Virus record (IMG/VR): IMGVR_UViG_3300002835_000025
Source of the DNA: a virus
DNA length: 64,000 nt
Reading direction: 5' to 3' (one strand)
This document shows, piece by piece, positions 56,741 through 64,000 of the stretch. Below the pieces are notes generated by a model. It was given only the letters and a program-made list of their open reading frames with translations, searched no databases and was not told where the DNA came from. Each line of letters starts with the position of its first letter. The stretch's first letter is position 1. Both the position numbers and the translations under genes were made by a program.

Positions 56741-57170
56741 CCATAATTCACCATGTAATGACCTTAATAAACTTGTAACTGAAGTAGCTGTTCTGCAGAA
56801 TGTAGTTTACAAGATAGATAATACAGTTGCAGAAATTGCTAAAGCATCGTCAGAAGTATCAAGATTATTAATAGTACACGACAACAGACTAAACAATCTT
56901 GAGAATAATAATAAAGAAACTACAACTGATGTCAAGGATCTATACAAGAAAATGGAAGAAACTACTAAAGAGATTGTGGATAAGTTAGATGATATGGAAT
57001 TTCGTATTGAATCTAAACTTAAAGAACATGAAGAAAAATCAGATGAATATAGAGAAGATATTTCTGAAAGGTTGAATGCATTAGAAACTTGGAAGTGGTT
57101 AGTAGTTGGTGGCAGTATAGTAATTGGATACCTTATTGACCATTCAGATATATTGAAACTATTCAAATAA
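56733..57170 (+). CDS. Coiled-coil protein with C-terminal membrane anchor
   Basis: Heptads; RL..LE.WKW.VVGG TM segment. Confidence 0.6.
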   Translation: MSDHNSPCNDLNKLVTEVAVLQNVVYKIDNTVAEIAKASSEVSRLLIVHDNRLNNLENNNKETTTDVKDLYKKMEETTKEIVDKLDDMEFRIESKLKEHEEKSDEYREDISERLNALETWKWLVVGGSIVIGYLIDHSDILKLFK

Positions 57171-57175
57171 TAATA

Positions 57176-57238
57176 AATTAGTATTGATAAGACCAGTTAA
57201 TTTATTATACATCAAACCCAGTCAAAAGTAAACATTAT
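57176..57238 (-). repeat. Minus-strand early promoter with conserved leader, copy 2
   Basis: Near-identical to 30359-30422; GTTTAC-N18-TATAAT on - (57204-57233). Confidence 0.75.
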
Positions 57239-57308
57239 TCCCTAAAATAATTCAACAGTTATCACTTTATAGGTGATGCTGTGTCACGAGTAAAATTTGC
57301 TAAATAGT

Positions 57309-57337
57309 GTGTACAAATATCAAAAATATGATATAAT
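57309..57337 (+). promoter_or_regulatory. Early promoter for the modification operon
   Basis: GTGTAC-N17-TATAAT. Confidence 0.7.
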
Positions 57338-57368
57338 ATAATCTTTATTCTACTACAAAAGGTGATCT

Positions 57369-58475
57369 ATGAAATTAGCAGTATTGAAATTAGGCGCAAG
57401 AATTGTTTTTGGCCAAAAGGTTGGATCAAGCGGAGGATCAGGTGAAGCTGCTTCTTTAATAGAAATGATGGTTGAAGGTGGATGTGAAGTTGACTGTTAT
57501 ACTAAGGTATTGTCTTCAGATCAACAAAACAGATCAGTCAACGTGCTTAATATTGAAGACCATTATGAGAATATTACCAGTAATGTATACGATGCATTAG
57601 TAGTCATTAATGGCGCTGTTAATTTCTTTGGTGGCCAAGAAGACAGACCACAGATTCTTAATTATAAAGCAATAAACAACTTTAATGGAAAAATCATTTA
57701 CTTGTACTGTGACCCGAATTTATCTCTAAAACAAATTTGGCCTTCTATTGAGAAGAAACCCTGGGCTTCAAATTGGAATAAGGAAGATATTAATATTACA
57801 AAGCCTATTAATGTGATTTCGCAATCATACAATTTAGAAAAAAATAAAGCACTATTTGAGAAAAATGGATATCCTGTAGAATCTATTGTGCAATATGATT
57901 TCCAAAAATTCCCAATGATGAAACCAAGAGAAACTTCTATTCTAGGAAAGACTGTTGATTTGTCTTATGGAGGAACCTTTAGATCTGGTAGAAGAGAAAA
58001 GAAATTAATAGAATTCTATTTTGGACTCCCAGAAGATATTTCGGTAGAAGTATTCGGTAAAATTAAAATTACGGACTTTAATGAGAAAAAAGTAACCGGA
58101 TTACGTCCGCCAAAGTTTCTTCCTCCAGTCGATTATAATAATATGATTCAGAAAATGTCTTCTTCTAAAACCCATATTGCTATTGGTGATAATCAATACC
58201 CAGATTTTGAAATGATCTCTCAAAGAGTATATGAATCTATTATGGCGGGAACTTTATTATTCATTGATAATGAATTTGATAAGAATAAAAGAATTTTTGG
58301 AAACAATACTGAACTTTCCAATTTGCTATATATCAATGACAGAAATCAATTTGCAGATAGATTAAAATCATTGTCAGATTCTGATTACGAATCACTAATA
58401 GAACTTCAACATTCATGTGTAGATTTTAATAAATCAGAATATTGTTTAAACTTTGTAAAACTTTTGGAGGTATAA
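57369..58475 (+). CDS. bgt: DNA beta-glucosyltransferase homologue (GT-B)
   Basis: T4 BGT-like motifs YD.L.V.N...NFFGG, WP....PW, YGG.FRSG.RE.K..EF, IGD..Y and RV.E......ID.EFD. Confidence 0.85.
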   Translation: MKLAVLKLGARIVFGQKVGSSGGSGEAASLIEMMVEGGCEVDCYTKVLSSDQQNRSVNVLNIEDHYENITSNVYDALVVINGAVNFFGGQEDRPQILNYKAINNFNGKIIYLYCDPNLSLKQIWPSIEKKPWASNWNKEDINITKPINVISQSYNLEKNKALFEKNGYPVESIVQYDFQKFPMMKPRETSILGKTVDLSYGGTFRSGRREKKLIEFYFGLPEDISVEVFGKIKITDFNEKKVTGLRPPKFLPPVDYNNMIQKMSSSKTHIAIGDNQYPDFEMISQRVYESIMAGTLLFIDNEFDKNKRIFGNNTELSNLLYINDRNQFADRLKSLSDSDYESLIELQHSCVDFNKSEYCLNFVKLLEV

Positions 58476-58476
58476 T

Positions 58477-59289
58477 ATGGAACAAGAAAAAGACGTATTT
58501 GATGACAGTTCAGCAGTATTTTTTAAAAATGGATTCCTTGGTAAAATAAAATTTTCCAGTGCATGGCATATTGCATTCATTAGCAGATATACTTCAACAT
58601 GCACAGAAATTACCAAAATCAAAAGAAAAAATACTGAAGATTATGTTACTATATTAGATGTTGGGTGTGGTAATAAAACATTCTATCAATTTTGGTCTAA
58701 AAGTTTTGAAAGTTTATTGCGTCCCAGAGTGGATTACTTGGGTTTAGAATATGAACAATCTGTTGTAGATGAAGCAAATTCACCAACTGGAAGAGAATCT
58801 GTCAACAAATACAAAGTCATTCACTGTGATCTAAATACTACTTCATTTCATGACATTAAGCATCACGACAAATATGACGTAATTCTGTTGCAGGAAATTC
58901 TAGAACATATTCCAAAAGAAACTGCATTGAAACTTATAAAAGAAGCATCTGAATTGGTATCAGATAGAGGATTTATTGTCATATCATCTCCTAATCCAAA
59001 AAAGGACGAAGGTCAAGAATTTGTATGGCCAGAGAATCACATTCAAGAGTTTACTTTGGACGAAATGCATGATATGATAACCACTAATGGATTAAGTATC
59101 AGAAGAGTCAATGGGTGGTTAGGTAAAGCCAGATATTTTAAAAAGCATTTGAGTTCTAACAATATGGCTCTATATAACCAATTAAAAGGGATTTCGCAAG
59201 GATTCGCGGCAAGTACGATAGCATTTCTAAATCCAAAGATTGCAGAATGTTATATTTTTATTGCAGAAAAAAATAAGGGTATATTATGA
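58477..59289 (+). CDS. Class I SAM-dependent methyltransferase
   Basis: ILDVGCG, YLGLE, YDVILLQEILEHI, ISSPN and HIQEFT. Confidence 0.85.
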   Translation: MEQEKDVFDDSSAVFFKNGFLGKIKFSSAWHIAFISRYTSTCTEITKIKRKNTEDYVTILDVGCGNKTFYQFWSKSFESLLRPRVDYLGLEYEQSVVDEANSPTGRESVNKYKVIHCDLNTTSFHDIKHHDKYDVILLQEILEHIPKETALKLIKEASELVSDRGFIVISSPNPKKDEGQEFVWPENHIQEFTLDEMHDMITTNGLSIRRVNGWLGKARYFKKHLSSNNMALYNQLKGISQGFAASTIAFLNPKIAECYIFIAEKNKGIL

Positions 59290-60998
59290 AAATCGTAATA
59301 TTTTCAGGTGGCACTGGTTCAGTTCAATTACAGAAAGGTCTATATGAAACATTTGGTAAAGATGTATTAGACTATACGGTCATTACAAACTTAGCGGATA
59401 ACGGTCTTTCTACTGGAGAATGCAGAAAAGTTATGGATGGAAAAATTATGGGTCCGTCCGATTTAAGAAAGAATCAAATGCTAAGAGCAAAACTGGAAAA
59501 TAGTATATCAGAAAAATTGTATGAATTCCTAAATGACAGAATAACTATTTCTGCCGATGAAGTTCAATCGGTGCTTTTAGACAGAATCCATAAACTAGAC
59601 ATTGATATGTTTTATAGAGGTGTATTAGCTTCTGGAGTGAATCAATTCTTTGATAGCCAGTTATCATCACAGATAGATTATATTGACTTTTCAATTTCTA
59701 ATATCATTTATTCTGGAATAGCAAAGAAACATAACTATTCATTGGATTCTGCAGGAAAAGTATTTGAAGGAATATTAGACATTCCAGAGAATAGTGTAAT
59801 TTCTAATACTGATTCTCCGATGTATCTTATGGCTAAAACCCAATCTGGTTATATTATACATGACGAAGCTGATATAGTATCATGGAATAATCCTGATGAT
59901 AAAATCGTAGATTGTTTCTTTGTTGATAACCATAATAAGCCAGTAATTCCAGAATTATCAGAACTTTCGAAATCTGTAATATTATCAGCAGACATTATAA
60001 TTTTTTCATCCGGGACTCAATGGTCATCTCTTATTCCGACATATAAATCCATAGGATTCTCTGAAACTATATCAGAATCGAAAGCAAAGAAATATTTAAT
60101 TCTTAATGCTAGTCAAGATGCTGATATGAAAGGTGTATCTGGTGACGAATTGATTAATATTCTTATGGGTTATTTACCAAAAGATACTACTATCATTTCT
60201 GCTTTAGACGGTGACCCTTTATTAATTCCTGATTCGTATCAAAAAATCTCAGCTTTCTTACTTAATCAGGGTAAACACGACGGGAAGGCATTGGTAAAAA
60301 CTATTTTTGACCACTATTATAATTACCCAAAGATTAGTGACCAATACGTTTTCGATTATGATGATACTATTGTTGCTAGAGGCTCGCAGCACTCTAAAGT
60401 ATCTAAATCCAATGTCAAAAGAGTTCAAGAACTTTATAATAAGACTAATAATGTTTGGATATCTACTGGAAATACTATCAATGCTTTGCATGGAAATTTT
60501 TCTAATATTAAAGCATTAGCAGATGGTGGTGTTAATCTATACAAATTTAATAAAGAAGGAATTCCGCAATTCGAAAAATGCCTAGATAATGATTTACTTT
60601 TCTCTAAAAATGATATAGAATATATTACGGCAGATATTGTAGACTGTGGAATTGATATTACTAAAATCCAAATACGTGGAAAGGTAATGATTTCTATCAA
60701 ACCAATATCTCCTGAATACAGACATAGCATTAAATTATTATTAGAATCTAAACTAAGCAAATACGATCTATTAATTAGAATGTCTGGAAGAACAACGATT
60801 GACATTACAAAACCAAACTTGGATAAAATTTTAGCAACAGAAACTCTATTCGTTAATGATTTTACTTATATTGGTGATGAAGGTGAATCTGGCAATGACC
60901 ACCAAATATCACAATGTGGACATTGCAATTTTATACCAGTTAAAGATGTCAAAGATACTAACATGTACTTAGCAATTCTATTGGGAAAAGATGATTAA
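59286..60998 (+). CDS. CofD/YvcK(GlmR)-family domain fused to a HAD-IIB (phosphomannomutase/phosphatase-like) domain
   Basis: N-terminal FSGGTG, DNGLSTG, GPSDLR and ADIIIFSSGTQWSSLIP; C-terminal VFDYDDT, ISTG, SGRTTIDI and YIGDEGESGND. Confidence 0.8.
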   Translation: MKIVIFSGGTGSVQLQKGLYETFGKDVLDYTVITNLADNGLSTGECRKVMDGKIMGPSDLRKNQMLRAKLENSISEKLYEFLNDRITISADEVQSVLLDRIHKLDIDMFYRGVLASGVNQFFDSQLSSQIDYIDFSISNIIYSGIAKKHNYSLDSAGKVFEGILDIPENSVISNTDSPMYLMAKTQSGYIIHDEADIVSWNNPDDKIVDCFFVDNHNKPVIPELSELSKSVILSADIIIFSSGTQWSSLIPTYKSIGFSETISESKAKKYLILNASQDADMKGVSGDELINILMGYLPKDTTIISALDGDPLLIPDSYQKISAFLLNQGKHDGKALVKTIFDHYYNYPKISDQYVFDYDDTIVARGSQHSKVSKSNVKRVQELYNKTNNVWISTGNTINALHGNFSNIKALADGGVNLYKFNKEGIPQFEKCLDNDLLFSKNDIEYITADIVDCGIDITKIQIRGKVMISIKPISPEYRHSIKLLLESKLSKYDLLIRMSGRTTIDITKPNLDKILATETLFVNDFTYIGDEGESGNDHQISQCGHCNFIPVKDVKDTNMYLAILLGKDD

Positions 60999-61743
60999 TT
61001 TAATTATTATAGCTGCTGGAAACGGCAAAAGAATGGGAAACATTAATGTTCCAAAAGTATTATATCCAGTAAATGGAGTTCCTAATTTAAAAAGAATTAT
61101 TACTAATGCTATAGAGTCCGAAGTATTTGACTCTATAGATTTAGTAATTAAAGATTCTGCAGTAAAAAGTTTTAAAGAATTTTTGGATAATAGTGAATTT
61201 GATATTAAAATAAATCTAATTCCTATAAATTCGGGACTAGGAGATGGACATGCAATTCTTTCCATGTATAAGAATGCTCATCAATATAACAATTCTATAT
61301 TGGTATGGGGCGATGTTTATATTGATAGTCCAATGATATTCAAAGAATTGAAAGATGTTGGAAGTTCTACTGGTAATAACTTTTCAAGCGCAGTAATTCC
61401 GGTATGTACTGAAAAGAATCCTTACGTTACTATATTGACTGATTCTAATATGAACGCATTATCAGCAGACTTCTCTAAACTTGGAGAAACTCATTTGGAA
61501 GGATTCCACGATCAGTCTATATTCTATATCAATAACGATGTAATATATGATAGTCTTCAAAAAATGCATGAAGTGTTATGGAAAAATGGACAATACATTA
61601 CTCAATCAAAAGAATTAAATTTCTTACATATTCTTCATTATTTAAGAAATATTAATTACCCAGCAAATTGTTATATTACTGAGTACCCAACAAAGTCGTT
61701 TAATAGTATTGAAGAATTGACAAAATTGGAAAATTCATTATGA
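60991..61743 (+). CDS. GT-A-fold nucleotidyltransferase (GlmU/MobA-like)
   Basis: IIAAGNGKRMG...PKVL, GDGHAI, VWGD and FNS.EEL. Confidence 0.85.
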   Translation: MINLIIIAAGNGKRMGNINVPKVLYPVNGVPNLKRIITNAIESEVFDSIDLVIKDSAVKSFKEFLDNSEFDIKINLIPINSGLGDGHAILSMYKNAHQYNNSILVWGDVYIDSPMIFKELKDVGSSTGNNFSSAVIPVCTEKNPYVTILTDSNMNALSADFSKLGETHLEGFHDQSIFYINNDVIYDSLQKMHEVLWKNGQYITQSKELNFLHILHYLRNINYPANCYITEYPTKSFNSIEELTKLENSL

Positions 61744-62054
61744 TAAAAACCGATAAAAAATATATCCTATTGGGATCATCGAGACTTAGAAATTTTAAAC
61801 AAGTTAATGATTCTGCTTGGAGATTCTCTTGCAATTATTGTGGTGATTCTGTAAAGAATCCAAAGAAGACCCGCGGAAATATATACATGAAACACCACAA
61901 ATTTCTTTATAAGTGTTTTAACTGCGGAATTTCTAAATCTATTTCTGAATTCATTAAAGATTTGGATTCTAATTTGCATACAAAATATGAAATGGAAAAT
62001 TATAAAGAAGGATCCTCAATCTCACCAGATTTATCAATGTTCGGAGTAAAATGA
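61740..62054 (+). CDS. Primase gp61 zinc-binding domain only (no TOPRIM domain)
   Basis: F.C.YCGDS.KN..K.RG and YKCFNCG...S...F; ends at 104 aa. Confidence 0.75.
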   Translation: MIKTDKKYILLGSSRLRNFKQVNDSAWRFSCNYCGDSVKNPKKTRGNIYMKHHKFLYKCFNCGISKSISEFIKDLDSNLHTKYEMENYKEGSSISPDLSMFGVK

Positions 62055-62128
62055 AACTTTTGTTGCATCAACTATTAATTCCATTAATTACTTCCATAGT
62101 AATAACATACATAATTTACATATTGTAA
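62051..62128 (+). CDS. Possible 25-aa hydrophobic peptide
   Basis: MKLLLHQLLIPLITSIVITYIIYIL; ATGA overlap and GGAG RBS. Confidence 0.35.
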   Translation: MKLLLHQLLIPLITSIVITYIIYIL

Positions 62129-62155
62129 GGAATCGCATGACACACAGGGGAATAC

Positions 62156-63148
62156 ATGGCTATTAGAATCTTAAGCCCAAAGAGTGAATATATTACTGAT
62201 TATCCAACTGCTATAGAATTTTCAGAACAACAGGCATCAATAATTTGGTTTCCAGATGAAATAGAAGTAGAAAAGGATCTTCATGATCTGAAGACGAATT
62301 GCACAGAATCAGAGTATCACGGCGTAATATCAACACTGAAATTATTCACTCTATATGAATTAAATGTTGGTAATGATTACTGGCAAAATTATGTCAGTAA
62401 AGTCTTTCCTAGACCAGATATTCAAAGAATGGCCTCTACCTTCTCGTTTATGGAATTAGGAGTACACGCTCCATTCTATAATAAAATCAACGAAGTTCTT
62501 GGATTAGATAATGTTGACTTTTATAACTCTTACAAAGAAGATGAAGTACTAGCCAATAGAATGAATTGGATTGCAAAAAGAACTACTAAAAAAGATTCTG
62601 TGTACAATGTCCTAAAATCGGTTGGAGTGTTTTCAATGATTGAAGGAGCTATTCTTTATAGTTCATTTGCATTTCTTAAACATTTCAACTCGGCAGGAAA
62701 AAATAAACTCATCAATATAAATGCTGGAATAAATTTTTCAGCAATTGATGAAACCTTACACTCACAAGCAGGCGCATGGTTATTCAGAACATTAAAGTCA
62801 GAAGCTTTCGCCGATGAACAATTGACCTCTATTGAGTTAGTTGGCCTCAAAGAAGAATTGATAGAAACCGCAAGAGTTATTCTAGAGCACGAATCAATTA
62901 TTATTGATAAAATTTTTGAGAAGGGCCATATTAAGGGAATAACAAACACCCAATTAAAAAACTTTGTTGAATCTAGATTAGATATATGTCTAGAAAATCT
63001 TTCATATAGTGGAATATTTAAACCGTCTTATAACCCAATTAAAACCTGGTTCTATAAAGATATTGAAAGCTCAACTTTACATGACTTCTTTTCAAGTCAA
63101 GGTAATGATTATAGTCGCAATTGGTCAGAAGGAAAATTTCAATGGTAA
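62156..63148 (+). CDS. nrdB: Ribonucleotide reductase class I beta subunit
   Basis: W.P.EI, E..VH..FY, EG..LYSSFA, DE.LH and DFF. Confidence 0.93.
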   Translation: MAIRILSPKSEYITDYPTAIEFSEQQASIIWFPDEIEVEKDLHDLKTNCTESEYHGVISTLKLFTLYELNVGNDYWQNYVSKVFPRPDIQRMASTFSFMELGVHAPFYNKINEVLGLDNVDFYNSYKEDEVLANRMNWIAKRTTKKDSVYNVLKSVGVFSMIEGAILYSSFAFLKHFNSAGKNKLININAGINFSAIDETLHSQAGAWLFRTLKSEAFADEQLTSIELVGLKEELIETARVILEHESIIIDKIFEKGHIKGITNTQLKNFVESRLDICLENLSYSGIFKPSYNPIKTWFYKDIESSTLHDFFSSQGNDYSRNWSEGKFQW

Positions 63149-64000
63149 GAGAATTATCAATCTATGAAGAATTAGGTGAAGAACGTAAACTACTACAAGA
63201 GAATGGTTCTCTTCCCCATTGGTGCACTACTGCCGCATGGCAAATGCTAAAAGAAAATTATCTTTCAAACAAATATACTGATTTGAAGTCTGTATATTCT
63301 AGAATAGCAAAACACGCGGCAACATATACTAATGATCCAGCAACATGGGAATTAAAGTTCTTTGACTTATTATGGAATGGTTGGTTAGCAGCATCAACAC
63401 CAGTGTTATCTAATATGGGAACTGGTATTGGATGTCCTGTATCATGCTCAGGCGGATTCATTAGTGATTCTGTCTATTCATTTTATGAATCACAAAAGGA
63501 AGCTGCGGTATTATCAAAAAATGGATTTGGAACTTCTGGTTATTTAGGTGACATCAGACCAAGAGGATCTAAAATATCTGGAATAAAAGGAAGTTCGTCT
63601 GGAGTTCTTCCAGTATTCAAAGACTTTGTTCAAATGTCAAGAGACATTAGCCAAGGAAGTCAACGACGCGGAGCTTGGGCAGGTTATATAGAAATTGACC
63701 ATCCAGATTTCCATGAACTAGTCAATTATATTAACAAACAACCAGATGATGCAAATATTGGTTGGAATATTAGTAATGACTTTATTAAAAGATTAGATGC
63801 CGGAGATAAAGATGCTATTGAAAGATATCAAAAGGCATTGAAATTAAAAATGATTACAGGAAAAGGTTATTTTGAATTCATTGATAAAGTTAACGAACAA
63901 AATCCTGCAATGTATAAAGATTTGGGCCTTACAGTAAAAGCTTCCAATCTCTGTTCGGAAATACAATTATTCTCAGATGACGAACATACTTTTAGTTGCG
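63142..64000 (+). CDS. nrdA: Ribonucleotide reductase class I alpha subunit, 3'-truncated
   Basis: Open from ATG 63142 to the window end; STPVLSN, PVSC, IRPRGS, QGSQRRGA and SNLCSEI. Confidence 0.93.
   Translation, partial: MVRELSIYEELGEERKLLQENGSLPHWCTTAAWQMLKENYLSNKYTDLKSVYSRIAKHAATYTNDPATWELKFFDLLWNGWLAASTPVLSNMGTGIGCPVSCSGGFISDSVYSFYESQKEAAVLSKNGFGTSGYLGDIRPRGSKISGIKGSSSGVLPVFKDFVQMSRDISQGSQRRGAWAGYIEIDHPDFHELVNYINKQPDDANIGWNISNDFIKRLDAGDKDAIERYQKALKLKMITGKGYFEFIDKVNEQNPAMYKDLGLTVKASNLCSEIQLFSDDEHTFSC

Noticed and set aside
1-64000. Alternative genetic code / stop-codon reassignment
   Set aside because: Core genes are full length in code 11 and there is no suppressor tRNA; the gene breaks are explained by insertions

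Overview
A 64-kb, AT-rich segment of a T4-like myophage genome; nearly all genes are on the + strand, and an embedded i-/o-spanin pair points to a Gram-negative host. Gene order: (1) tail/accessory module with a class-3 lipase, an FN3 + Lcl/DUF1566 adhesin-like protein and a 3207-aa repetitive fibre-like protein; (2) neck, terminase, tail and head genes gp13-15, gp17-23 and gp3; (3) uvsY, uvsW, gp55, gp47, gp46; (4) six tRNAs plus a small structured RNA; (5) gp45, gp44, gp62, regA, hsp20, dexA, gp43, uvsX, gp41; (6) a late cassette of probable capsid-internal proteins with Dps; (7) spanins; (8) a four-gene DNA-glycosylation-like operon; (9) a primase zinc-finger fragment, nrdB and partial nrdA. 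Best candidates for new biology: (a) the operon of beta-glucosyltransferase homologue, SAM methyltransferase, CofD/YvcK-HAD fusion and nucleotidyltransferase, which suggests an uncharacterised DNA hypermodification pathway; (b) gp43 split inside its exonuclease domain by an antisense endonuclease, with no intein and with charge-complementary tails; (c) uvsX fractured by an HNH gene and rejoined by a naturally split intein (Cys1/Thr+1); (d) a promoter-driven, highly structured 460-bp non-coding element where gp16 normally lies; (e) swappable peptide modules bounded by prohead-protease sites in the scaffold and internal proteins; (f) a ROSE-like RNA thermometer on hsp20. All assignments come from motif recognition and synteny by eye; no database searches or folding programs were run.
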